A stretch of 64,000 bases of DNA from Alphaproteobacteria bacterium (lineage in GTDB: Bacteria; Pseudomonadota; Alphaproteobacteria; UBA828): NCBI GenBank assembly GCA_965214705.1, contig CBDCCI010000002.1:32001-96000 (forward strand), in the 5' to 3' direction. The notes under the pieces are model-generated. The model saw nothing but the letters and a program-made list of their open reading frames with translations. It made no database searches and was not told where the DNA came from. The position numbers were made by a program, and so were the translations under genes. Every line of letters starts with the position of its first letter. The first letter of the stretch is position 1. Positions 10,161 through 20,151 of the stretch are shown one piece after another.

Positions 10161-11039
10161 TCAGTTGCGCAACGCTGCGAAGCCTGAGATCGGGTGGTCG
10201 AGGCCCTCGAACATCTTGCCGGTGACGCGGGCGTAGTGACGGGTCGTGTTCGCGCTTCGATGGCCGAGCATGTCCCGGATCACCTCGATATCGCCGCCGC
10301 GCTCGAGGAGATGGGTCGCCGCCGAATGGCGCAGGCAATGGAAGGTGTAGCTGCGGTCGAGCTCGGCAATGTCGCGCGCCCTCCTGAAGGCGGCCTGCAA
10401 GGTCTCCGTTGCGATGGGCCTGTCGAGCGAGACGCCGTAGAAGAGCCAGTTCGTCGGACGCGGCCAGATGTTCCTGTAGTAGACGCGCAAGTAGTGGATG
10501 ACGATGTCCGGCAACGGTGCCATTCTCTCGGTGCCGCCTTTGCCGGAGGGGATGTGCAGCAGCTTCTTCTCCGACAGGATGTCGCCGACCTTGATGGCCA
10601 AGGTCTCGGAGATGCGGAGCCCGCCGCCATAGCCGGTGACAATGGCAGCACGGTGGCGGAGGTCGGGTGTCGCAAGGATGAGGTGCTCGACCTCCTGCTC
10701 CGACATGTAGCGCGGCAGCTTGCCGGGCTTCTTGCGGGAGCGCAGGCCGGCGACATGGTCAGGCCAGCCGAGTGTGTCGATGTAGAGGAAGTTCAGCGCG
10801 GCGAAGGAGACGTTGGTCGTGCCCGGACTGAGCCCCTTGTCGATCCGCCCCAGGTACCACTGGCGCACCTGCTCGGCGTCGAGCTCGTCCGGCGAGGCGT
10901 CGTAGTACCTGGCCAGGTTCTTGATCTCGCAGATGTAGGCCTTGGACGTGCTCGCGGCCAGATTGGCGATGCGGAGCTGCTCCTCCATGCGCTGGCGAAG
11001 AGGGGTGACGGTGTTCGTGTCGCACGCGGTCCCGGTCAT
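10161..11039 (-). CDS. Tyrosine recombinase/integrase
   Basis: GLRISE, HCLRHSAATHLLE, LGHRSANTTRHY catalytic motifs. Confidence 0.92.
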   Translation of the reverse strand: MTGTACDTNTVTPLRQRMEEQLRIANLAASTSKAYICEIKNLARYYDASPDELDAEQVRQWYLGRIDKGLSPGTTNVSFAALNFLYIDTLGWPDHVAGLRSRKKPGKLPRYMSEQEVEHLILATPDLRHRAAIVTGYGGGLRISETLAIKVGDILSEKKLLHIPSGKGGTERMAPLPDIVIHYLRVYYRNIWPRPTNWLFYGVSLDRPIATETLQAAFRRARDIAELDRSYTFHCLRHSAATHLLERGGDIEVIRDMLGHRSANTTRHYARVTGKMFEGLDHPISGFAALRN

Positions 11040-11821
11040 TATCGATCTCCCTGGATCGCGACGGCGCGCCGCCGGACCGATCCGGCGACGGTCCGTCGCA
11101 GGGGTCGATGCTAACCACTGGTGATCGGGAGGCTGCTGGGGATCCGCCACCCGACGGGCGGAGCGCCACTGACGCAACCGGGAAGCGAACGCACAGAACA
11201 AACGGCACCCGCGACGCCTCGGAAATGAATGAACTCTACGCCGCTAACTCCGCGTAGCGGCTTCGTTCAATTGTTCTTGCCCTTGCCCCCAGTGGAGTAG
11301 AAGGTGTGATCCACCACTCTCGCCTGCAGTTCCTCGGCGGTCCACGCCCTTCCCTCTTCGGCCATCACCGGGTCTCCGGCGAGATCAAGGCCTGCCGTCA
11401 GTAAGGCTAGAAAACAAGCCAACGACAGGATTCTCGTTCCATGTCTCATTGCTATTCCTCCTTGACCACATTACAAAAATCTTTGCATAGCTTACGGATT
11501 ACAGAGGCATTCGTCTACGAGAGGAACGTGCGCTGTTGCATTTTTGGAGCGCGCGTTGCGGGGTGGATGCAACCGGGCTATCGTCCGCTCTCTCAATGGG
11601 GTCGAGCAGGATACGGGAGTTTTCGGCGGGATTCGAACGTCATATGAAAGTGAGCGGGGGTTAGCCGCGGCTTGTTCTCTGCCCGCAGGCGGCTTGGTTG
11701 AACTGCGATGTCGGAGGTCAGACAAACGGTCAGCCGGTGCCGAGGTCCGTCACGGCGGCGACCAAGGAGCGCATCTGTTCGACGTGGCCGGCCCGCCACA
11801 AGTGCCCGGATTCATAAGTTT

Positions 11822-12503
11822 CTATCCAACTTTGGCATGGACGCTGAGCGTGCGTTGGCAGAAGCGTTCGATGGACGCGAGAATGTCGTCGGCCGACTTG
11901 GTCCAGCGGAACGGTCGGGGATCGCGGTTATGGCTTTCGATGTAGCGCTCAATGGCGGCCTTGAGGTCGGCGGTGGAGCGATGTGCGCCGCGCTTGATCT
12001 GGCGCTCGGTAAGCAGCGCGAAGAAGCGCTCGACCTGATTGAGCCATGACGAGGATGTTGGTGTGAAGTGGCTGTGCCAGCGCGGCCGCTTGGCGAACCA
12101 GTCGCAGATCAGCTTGGTCTTGTGGCTGGATGCGTTGTCCATAACGACATGGATGTCGAGGTCGGCCGGCACGTTGCGCTCCACCTCGTCGAGGAAGGTG
12201 CGCAACTCGCGCGCCCGATGCCGCTTCATGCAGTTGCGGATGACCGCACCCGTCGCCACGTCCAGCGCCGCGAACAGTGTGATCGTGCCGTGGTGCGGTC
12301 GTGCCGTGGTGCTTGTAATCGTGGGTGCGCCGCTCCACTTGGCTAGGGCACATGGGCAGCATCGGCTGGCTGCGGTCGAGCGCCTGGATCTGGCTCTTCT
12401 CGTCGACGCACAGCACCAGCGCGCGGTCCGGAGGGTCGAGATAGAGGCCTATGATGTCGCGCACCTTGGCGACGAACAGCGGATCGCTCGACAGTTTGAA
12501 GCC
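11822..12503 (-). pseudogene. IS630-family transposase, 3' fragment with frameshift
   Basis: FKLSSDPLFVAKVRDIIGLY, VDEKSQIQALDR, VMDNASSHK, SWLNQVERFF. Confidence 0.85.
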
Positions 12504-13010
12504 TCCGAGCGTCTCCGGGGCGATGCTCTCCCAGCGCTCATACATGCTCTGGGTCAGCCGCTGTAGCGTGCTCACCGACGGCACCATTCCGCCTATCTTA
12601 GCGAAGAACTCCTCGGCTTCGCGCGGCGTACAGTGGCCCATCATCATCAGCCCGAGCTGTTCCGCCGGCCGCGTAGGGTAGTCTTCAATGAGGCCCAGGC
12701 TCTCGTCCGTCGGCACCAGCGACGTGCTACTCGCGCCGCTGCGGTAGCGTGCATGCCGATAGGTCACAGGACCGAGCGTCGTCAGGATCGTCTTCGGCGT
12801 CGCAGCCACTCGAAACCAGCTCTGTCCGTCGTGCTCGATCCGGCTCGCACCGTCGTCGCGGCTCTCGGCGTACGCCCCAAGAAGCTTGCAACCCAGACCG
12901 TTCATGGCGTCGCGCAGCCCCGTCTCAACTGTCTCGAACGCCTCCGCAGACGGGTTCGAGACAGCCTGTTCTCGACAGAACTCCACCACTTGGGCGCCCG
13001 CGTGCAAAAT
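12504..13010 (-). pseudogene. ISKra4/ISLre2-type transposase 5' fragment fused to the IS630 fragment
   Basis: QVVEFCREQA...SVSTLQRL...WESIAPETL is a diverged paralogue of 22501-23886. Confidence 0.8.
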
Positions 13011-13201
13011 CTGGCCGCATTTGACCGCAGTCTGGCGACATCTGACCGCGATTCCGGCGGGACTTGACCGCCGGAGGCCGGGTCTGAGGCCCGGCCCGAT
13101 CGCCCTGCGGGTGCCACCGACATCCATGTTTCCAGACGCGCCGATCCTCTCCCGGCTCAGCCTCATCGATCCACTGATCGACTCGAGGAGGCAGGGCCCC
13201 A

Positions 13202-14241
13202 ATGAAGAGGATCGACACCATGAGCATCAGGGACATCCTTCGGCACCATCACGACCTGGGCTTGCCCCGGGCGGAGACCGCGGTGGCCGTGAACGTGAGC
13301 GCGGGGACGGTATCGAACGTCCTGCAGCGCGCGCAGGCGGTGGGCCTGTCATGGCCTTTGCCGTCCGATCTCGACGATGAAGGGCTGTGCGCGGGCCTGT
13401 ATCCGCCGGCGCGGCGACGGCGATTATCTGGAGACGCTTTTCACTCGCACCCGCGCGATCCGGCGCGCCGTCATCGAGGCCAAGCAGGTTTAGCCTTTTC
13501 GTCGCTCACGGCAGCCGGCCTGCGGCCGGCGCCTGCGCGAGCGCGCCGCAGGAGCGGCGGGCCGCGGTCGCGACCTGTCGCGAGCCCCGCATGGGGCGTG
13601 CTCGCTCAAGCCCCGCGCCAACAGCCAGTTTTGCGCGCGCCTGAAGGCGCACCAGGGCAGCTGCGCCGGCTCGGCGCAGATGCACTTCGACTACGAGCCC
13701 GGGCTGTACGGGATGGCGGACTTCTCCGGCAAGACGCTGGCCCTGCGCACCGGGCGCGGCGAGACCGACGTGGAGATCTTCGTCGCGGTCCTGGCCCATT
13801 CGAACCTGATCTACGCCGGGGCGGTCCCCGACCAGACGGTGCGCCACTGGACCATGGCGCACCGGCGCGCGCTCGAGTACTTCGGCGGCACCCCCCGCCG
13901 GTGGATCATCGACAACCTCAAGTCGGGCGTGGACGATCCCGACCGCGATGATATCAGGCTCAACCCCTCCTACCGGGAGTTCGCGCGCGACTACAAGATC
14001 GCGGTGCTGCCCGCGCGCCGGTACCGGGCCACCGACAAGGGGCTGGTCGAGAGCTGCGTCAAGGCCGTCCAGACCCGTATCCTGCTGGCGCTGCGCCACC
14101 ACACCTTCTTCTCCCTCGAGACCATGAACGCGGCCATCCGCCGCGAGCTCGACCGCCTCAACGATGCCCCATGGCCAAGTGCGGCGAGAGCCGCCGCGCG
14201 CTCTTCGAGGCGAACGAGCGGGTGGCCCTGACCGCCCTGCC
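13202..14241 (+). pseudogene. istA: IS21-family IstA transposase, frameshifted and truncated
   Basis: MSIRDILR HTH, GLSWPLP, DFSGK, IIDNLKSGV, DKGLVESCV. Confidence 0.8.
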
Positions 14242-14389
14242 TGTCAACGGCGGCGGGATTATGCGCCAGAGCGGCAGAGTAAAATTGTACCACGGTCTCG
14301 GCGGTAGCTTGTCCCCGTAGTCCACGGGAGGGCCCCGCGCGCGGGGCGACGCGCCCTCCGCGTGGACCATTATTCCGCCGCCGTTAACA
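14242..14389. mobile_element. IS21-type miniature element (148 bp)
   Basis: TGTCAACGGCGGCGGGATTATG ... CATTATTCCGCCGCCGTTAACA inverted ends; no ORF, no clear TSD. Confidence 0.65.
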
Positions 14390-14422
14390 CTTCAGGCGGG
14401 TGACGGTCGCGACCATGGTTGC

Positions 14423-15370
14423 CTACTGCTCCGCCTTGGGGTCGAACTGCCCTTCGGACGGCACCTTGGTCAGAGTTCCCGGATAGAAGGGGACCGTCAC
14501 ATCCAGCGCGGGGTCGATATCCAGCCCGCACCGAATGGTTCTCTCGTCCAGACGGGCCTTCGACGCGCAGATTGCGAGCGACGGCGCGTAGTGCTCGGCG
14601 ACGAATTCGTTCCAAGCGTGCCGGGGGTCGCCGAAGGAGACCAAGTCAGTCTCGCGTTGCAGCACCGTGCCCAGCGCGAAGAAGACGAACGACGCGGCCG
14701 CCACGGCGAGACCGAACACCCAGTACCGCCACTGCAGTCTCTCGGCGATGCGGGACAAGTCGTTGCGGAGGGAGCACAGCTGGTCGCCGAGGGCCGTCGC
14801 CGACTGGTTCATGTCCTCGAGGCTGTGGGCGGCCACCGCTGACTGCCGATCCGTAGCGTGGATACGCTGGTCGAGGGCCTCGCCCTGCGTCTTCAGCGCG
14901 GCGGCGACCCCGGCCAGGGCACGCGCTGCCTCCGCCACCCCGTCCCGGTGCGAGGCTAATTCTGCCGCCTCGGCGAGCGTACTGCGCGCGTCGGCGACCG
15001 CCAGCGTCAGTGAGACCGTCTCGCGGGCAAGCGCCTCGGCCGTGTCCTGGCCCGGTCCCGGCTCGTCCTGGAGCACGTCCATGCGTGCGGCGGTGGCCCG
15101 CACCGTCGCGAGGATATCCGCGATGGCCGCGTCGTGCGCGCCGGGCTGCGGGGATGGCGCCGCCGGAGGCGCCCTTTTTGCCCCGGCAGCGGGCCTGCCT
15201 GCCGCCCCTTCCGGCCGGCCGACCAACAAGGTCGCGGCCCGCGAAATCGTCGTCTCCAGACTTCGGACCGCCGCGCCTCTCCTACTTCGGCGCCATGGTC
15301 GCCTCCCGACAACACGAATGGTTCGTCGTTTGTACCAAAGAGGAGGACCGACAGGCGGCACTTTCTTCAT
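14423..15370 (-). CDS. Hypothetical coiled-coil membrane protein (start uncertain)
   Basis: Ala-rich helical region followed by one TM segment (YWVFGLAVAAASFVFFALG). Confidence 0.5.
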   Translation of the reverse strand: MKKVPPVGPPLWYKRRTIRVVGRRPWRRSRRGAAVRSLETTISRAATLLVGRPEGAAGRPAAGAKRAPPAAPSPQPGAHDAAIADILATVRATAARMDVLQDEPGPGQDTAEALARETVSLTLAVADARSTLAEAAELASHRDGVAEAARALAGVAAALKTQGEALDQRIHATDRQSAVAAHSLEDMNQSATALGDQLCSLRNDLSRIAERLQWRYWVFGLAVAAASFVFFALGTVLQRETDLVSFGDPRHAWNEFVAEHYAPSLAICASKARLDERTIRCGLDIDPALDVTVPFYPGTLTKVPSEGQFDPKAEQ

Positions 15371-15518
15371 GAAGATGGCGTCGTCCTCGTACTCGGCGAT
15401 CTCAGGGGCTGTGTGGAGGAATCCCGGCAGATGGCGCGCGGTTCCGAGGCCCCGACCTCCCCTTAAGCCCGGCTCTTCACTCCCCTGCGGTCGGAGTGCT
15501 CGGACGGCGCCGCGCGGT

Positions 15519-16091
15519 CTACAGGTAGAACGCGCGACCCTGGACGATGTCGGACTCCCCGCTGTCGAGGTGGTGGGGTCCGCTCACGCGAAACCAATAC
15601 TCTATGGGGCCCCCGAAGTGGACTTGGTAGCAGTTGGTCTGGTGAAGCGTGTCCCAGACTCCCGAATAGCGCGGGCCGTCCCATGCGTCGTGCCCTCTGC
15701 GCCTGCGCAGCTCATCGACGGTGACACAGCGCGTGCCGTCCTCGTTGACTGACCACGTGCCGTCCGAGCGGTAATCTCCCTGAAGGGTCGTGAGCTGGAC
15801 CTTGATTGTTCCGTCGGGGAGGTAATGGGTCACGAACGTGCCGCCCCCTCCCGACATGGAGGTGGTATTGCCAGTCAGCGTAGCCACGACCTCCTCGGCC
15901 GTTGCTTGGCGGATGCCGCGCTCCTCCAGCGATTCCCGCAACTGCTGGGTCACGCGCTTTTCCATCTCGACTAGGTTCTCTTGCACGATCCGGGCCTCTT
16001 CCGGGGTTAGCGGCTCACCTCGCGGCATGCACGAGGCTAGCAGTCCAGCCACGGCCACCGCGATGCATGCGGCTCCGAGCATTCGTCTCAT
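15519..16091 (-). CDS. Lipoprotein (DUF995-like)
   Basis: Lipobox LLASC, RBS GGAG, TAEEVVATLTGNT...HYLPDG...GTWSVNEDGTRC. Confidence 0.7.
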   Translation of the reverse strand: MRRMLGAACIAVAVAGLLASCMPRGEPLTPEEARIVQENLVEMEKRVTQQLRESLEERGIRQATAEEVVATLTGNTTSMSGGGGTFVTHYLPDGTIKVQLTTLQGDYRSDGTWSVNEDGTRCVTVDELRRRRGHDAWDGPRYSGVWDTLHQTNCYQVHFGGPIEYWFRVSGPHHLDSGESDIVQGRAFYL

Positions 16092-16351
16092 GTGTTGCTC
16101 CTTTCTCCGTTGCAGATCGATGGCCCGCGAATGCCTTCCCGCGAACTGGCTTTCCGCACCAGCGGCATCCGCCGCCCGAGCCGCCGCACCAAAAGCCGGG
16201 CAAAGGGTGCCACATCGAGAATGGAATGGTCAGCCCCGACTTCAGCTCAACCCGCTCGACGAGCGGGCAATAAATTCGCCCTGCGCGCGGTTTGACCGAT
16301 ACAGGGGGCGATGTCAGTATCGGACATGATCGGACATGGCGAGATTCCACG

Positions 16352-16594
16352 ATGCCGAATGTTCACTTGACCGACCAGATGCACCGCTACGCCCAAGGGC
16401 AGATCGACGCTGGCGCCTACGCCAACCTGAGCGAGGTCGTGCGCGCCGGGCTGCGGCTGCTCATGGAACGCGACGGCGCACGGCAGTTTTACGCGCTGAA
16501 GGGAGAGCTGGAAGCGGCCGTGCGGGAAGCGGAAGCCGGCGAGTTCGAGGAATTCGATCCCGTGGTCTACGAATCGGACGTGGGATCGAGATAG
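16352..16594 (+). CDS. parD: ParD-family antitoxin (RHH)
   Basis: MPNVHLT...GAYANLSEVVRAGLRLL; TCGGACATG direct repeat upstream. Confidence 0.88.
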   Translation: MPNVHLTDQMHRYAQGQIDAGAYANLSEVVRAGLRLLMERDGARQFYALKGELEAAVREAEAGEFEEFDPVVYESDVGSR

Positions 16595-16604
16595 CCGCCG
16601 CGCC

Positions 16605-16922
16605 ATGACGATTCGTCTGTCGCGCCGGGCGCGCCGCGATCTGGACGAGATTCGGCGCTATACGATCAAGAGCTGGGGTCGCGAACAATGGCTTACCTAC
16701 TACGGTGGGCTGGTGCACACCTTCGAACGGATCGCTGCCGACCCCGACGGCGGGCGCGACCGGAGTCTGTTCGCGCCCGGACTGCGTTCCCTGACCTACC
16801 GGCGGCACCTGATATTCTTCGCCCGGATTGCCGCCGCCGACGATGCGCCGGTGGTCCTTCGTATCGTACATCAGCGCCGCAACCTGCCCGCGCTCGCCTA
16901 TTTCGAGGATATCGGCGGCTGA
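16605..16922 (+). CDS. parE: RelE/ParE-family toxin
   Basis: LSRRARRDLDEIRRYTIKSWG...HLIFF...VLRIVHQRR, directly after the antitoxin. Confidence 0.88.
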   Translation: MTIRLSRRARRDLDEIRRYTIKSWGREQWLTYYGGLVHTFERIAADPDGGRDRSLFAPGLRSLTYRRHLIFFARIAAADDAPVVLRIVHQRRNLPALAYFEDIGG

Positions 16923-16975
16923 GTTCGCGTCCCGATCCGTCACTCCGTGGCCTCGTCGAGGTTCTCCGCCTTTCG

Positions 16976-17700
16976 ATAGGGGCACGTCGTTGACGATGCT
17001 GTCGAGCAGCTACTTGCGCTTGGCGCGGAGTAATTCCTCGCAGCGGAGCGTGGTCAGCAGGTAGGCACCGCGGTTGATGTCCTTGATCAGCGCGAGGTGA
17101 CCGGGAGTGAGCGCAGCCTCTGCGGGCCGGGTGGAGACGCTCCTTGGCCGCGGCGAGCGTCACGGAGCGGACGAGTTGGTGAGCGGACGCGCAATTGCGC
17201 CCTGGTGCAACCGTGACGCACGAGCCCGGCATGCGCGAGACTGCAGACGCGGCCAGGCCTGGTCTCGGGGTCGCAGCAGCAGTTCCGACGCTGAAGACTT
17301 CCGTTTGGCGGCGATGCTCTGCGGCGCGATCATGACCACGACGAGGAGCCTGATCGGCGTATCCACCGCTGACTCCGTCGCCATGTTCATTTCCTGCTCA
17401 TCGATGGCCGCGCATGCTCTCGGCTTGCGCGAGCCTGCCTTGTTTGATCGTGGCGTCTATTTCGTCGCCCCTTCCGTCGCGGAGCATTTCGTCACGCTTG
17501 ACGGTCGAGATAAAGTAGGCGGGCTCGATCAGCATGGCGAGCCCTGCGGGGACCGCGCCAGCCGCACCGGCATGGAGGTTCAGGGCCCCGTGGCGGACGT
17601 ACTCGCCGGGCATCATGTCCTGCTCCTCGACCTGCGTCTGGATCACCTCCCATTCGGCGTCGGAGAATCTGATGGCGTGGGACTTTCTTCGGCGTGCACT
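16976..17700 (-). pseudogene. Two degraded paralogous RHH/MobC-like genes
   Basis: KSHAIRFSDAEWEVI...PGEYVRHGAL...AYFISTVKRDEML and a second remnant LALIKDINRGAYLLTTLRCEELL with an internal stop. Confidence 0.4.
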
Positions 17701-18292
17701 CTCCCCAAACCGTGATGCCGAAAACGGAGTCCTCCGTGAACGGTTTGGGGGCCTGTGACGGAAATACCGGTGACGATTCTGACTTGATAGTGCGCTCCTG
17801 AACGCAATATGCGGTAGTTGACCCTGTCCCCATCGCGGGTGCAGAACGCAATGCAGGTGCAGGACAAGGACTATGGCTATCGGAGCTCCATGCCCCAAGC
17901 TCTATCGAACGTGATGCACAAGCCGTTGCTTCGTAAGGGACAATTATTATGTAGCCCGAAGCGACGCAAAACGCGACGCACTCATTCCGGCGCCTCTCTG
18001 CTACGCTCTTCTACGAGATGTCGTAGCAGACTGTATCCTCCACGTGCCTGAGCGTAGGGTTGTCGTAGGCCTGCAGCGGGCTGCGTCAGGTGTGAGATAA
18101 CAAGCGCGCAAGCGTCGAGCGGGACACAAGTTCGACATAAGAAGGTTCAGGCCCCAACCCGATGAGGTGCCGCGGGAATAAGGCGCAGGAAAACGGCCTG
18201 GCGGCTCGTTGTTCAGGGTACACGGCGGTGGCCGGTGCAACCGGAACGGGCACCGGAAGTGTCACGCGATCAGGGGCGGCGCAGCAAGCGCA

Positions 18293-18940
18293 TCGTCATG
18301 ATCGTCGTGCGTGTCGGGCGGGGTGACGGTGGGCCATGCAGGCACGGCTGCGCCGTTGTCGGGCAAGGCGTCGTGGCGTTCGTCGCCATCGGCGACGGCG
18401 CTGACGCCGAGCGTGCACATGACGCGTGCAGCTCATCTCGCGCAGGCGAGTTGCTGCACGGCGGCGGCGTTCGCACTCGCCGATGCGCCGTCGCCATCAT
18501 CATGGTCATCATTGTCTTCGGCAGCGGGAGCGGTCGATGCGCGCGCAGGTGCGATGCTCGGCGAGCACGGCGTGCGGCTCCATCGCGGGCAGACGGTCGT
18601 GCGAGCACGGCGGTCGGGGCGACGGTCGATTGGAAGGCAACAGGGAGGATGTGCAGAGGCTCGCGATCACGATCGGCGCAGCGTGTCGATCGCCATGATC
18701 GTCACCGGTGTCGGGCTTGGTGACGCCGGGCCGTTCAGGCGCGGCGACACCGATGTCCGGCGAGGTGTCGTGGCGCTCGTCGCCATCGGCGACGGCACGG
18801 AGGCCGAGCGCTCGCATGGTGGACGTCCAGATCATCCGGGGGAGGTGCCGCACGCGGCGGCGTTCGCACTCATCGATGCGCCGTCGCCATGGACATCATC
18901 ACCGGCATAAGTGGGAGCGCGCGCGGTCGATGCGCTGGCC
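18293..18940. repeat. Diverged ~250-bp direct duplication, ~400-bp period
   Basis: CATGATCGTC..GTGTCGGGC..GTCGTGGCG(T/C)TCGTCGCCATCGGCGACGGC..GGCGGCGTTCGCACTC..CGATGCGCCGTCGCCAT at ~18293-18545 and ~18691-18936. Confidence 0.7.
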
Positions 18941-19227
18941 GATGCAGCGCTCGGCGGGGGCGGGCGGCTCGGCCGCAGGTAGAGCTTCGCGGACCAAACC
19001 GCAGTCGCATCGGCTGCTGCGAGGCGAGCGTCCGTCGACGGTGCGCAGCACCGAGGCAGACGCGATGCCAAAGCCGCGGCGGGAACGACACACTCGCCGG
19101 TTCGAGCGCGAGCGGCGCCTGCGCGAAGCGCGGCGGCGAGGGACATCGCTCGTGACGCCCGTCGTGAAACACGAAGAAAGCGGCCGATGCCTTGAGGCAC
19201 CGGCCGCTTGGTCGAGGCGCGCGCTGC

Positions 19228-20151
19228 TTACGCGGCCTTTATCTGCATAACCGGTATGCCGAGCTGCCGAGCTTTGTCGACGAGGTTGCCGGTGATGCCG
19301 CTGCCGGGGAAGGCGATGACGCCCTTGGGCAGGAAGTTCAGCAGCTCGTCGTTGCGGCGGAAGGGCGCGGCCTTGCCGTGCGCATTCCAGTCCGGGCGGC
19401 AGATGACCTGGTTGACGCCTCTCGCTTCTGCCCAGCTCGCGGCGATCTTCTCGACGCCGGGACCGCCACCATGTAGCAGCACCATGTCGCCGTACTTTGC
19501 GCGCGCCATGTCGAGCGTGCTCCAGACCGCGTCGGCATCGGCGACGGTCTTGCCGCCGGTGATCGCGACCAGGGTGCCCTCGGGCAGGTGCGCCCTCGTC
19601 TCGCGGTCCTTGCGAGCTCTGCGGAAGTCGCGCGCGTCGATGGCGGCGGAGGTGAGCTGTCCGGTCTGGCTCGTGTGCGAGCCGTGCCTCGGGCGCCATG
19701 TGTCGCCGGTCTCGACGCGGTAGGCGTCGGCGGCGAGGTCGCGGAGCTTCTCGAAGGCGTCGCGCCTGTCGCCGAGGTTCTGCGCCCTGTCAGTCATGGT
19801 CTGCAGCTCCCATGCCTTCACCTCCGATCCGTCCTGCGCCTTCTCGAGGTCGCGCATCTCGGGCGTGATGCGGTCGACGGCGCGGTCGAGGCGTGTGACC
19901 TGGCTGTGCAGCATGTTGGTCAGGCCCCACATCAGGGGCTCGCGCTCGTCGGCCATCTGCGTGCCGTCTACGGTGATGCCGTCGACGATGACGCGGATGG
20001 CTTCGTTCAGCGCATCGATGGCGTCGTCTTCGTCCCAGACGACGCGGCTGTCGAGCTCGCCGCGCTCGGGCGCTGCGCCGTAGAGGGCCATGCCCTCGCA
20101 GACCGTGGCAGTGGAAGAAGCTGATGCGGTAGCGCTGGTCGTGTCGATCAT
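19228..20151 (-). CDS. DUF2493 (YspA/SLOG) domain plasmid protein
   Basis: WRPRHGS, TSAAIDARDF, VLLHGGGPGVE, HGKAAPFRRND, FPGSGITGNL. Confidence 0.8.
   Translation of the reverse strand: MIDTTSATASASSTATVCEGMALYGAAPERGELDSRVVWDEDDAIDALNEAIRVIVDGITVDGTQMADEREPLMWGLTNMLHSQVTRLDRAVDRITPEMRDLEKAQDGSEVKAWELQTMTDRAQNLGDRRDAFEKLRDLAADAYRVETGDTWRPRHGSHTSQTGQLTSAAIDARDFRRARKDRETRAHLPEGTLVAITGGKTVADADAVWSTLDMARAKYGDMVLLHGGGPGVEKIAASWAEARGVNQVICRPDWNAHGKAAPFRRNDELLNFLPKGVIAFPGSGITGNLVDKARQLGIPVMQIKAA

Larger units (their letters stand above)
8608..11270 (-). mobile_element. Tyrosine recombinase + IS91-type transposase element (y4qK/y4qJ-like pair)
   Basis: 14-bp IR TTGAACGAAGCCGC (8650-8663) / GCGGCTTCGTTCAA (11257-11270); perfect 19-bp-stem hairpin 8608-8649; interrupts a host gene. 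Confidence 0.8.
8336..11449 (-). pseudogene. Small secreted protein (DUF995-like), split by an integrase/IS91 element
   Basis: N-part 11271-11449 (signal peptide ... AEELQARVVDHTFYSTGGKGKN) and C-part 8336-8607 (PWHVLYYLNPDG...GIWKIKGDAIC) rejoin into one ORF resembling 15519-16091. Confidence 0.7.
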
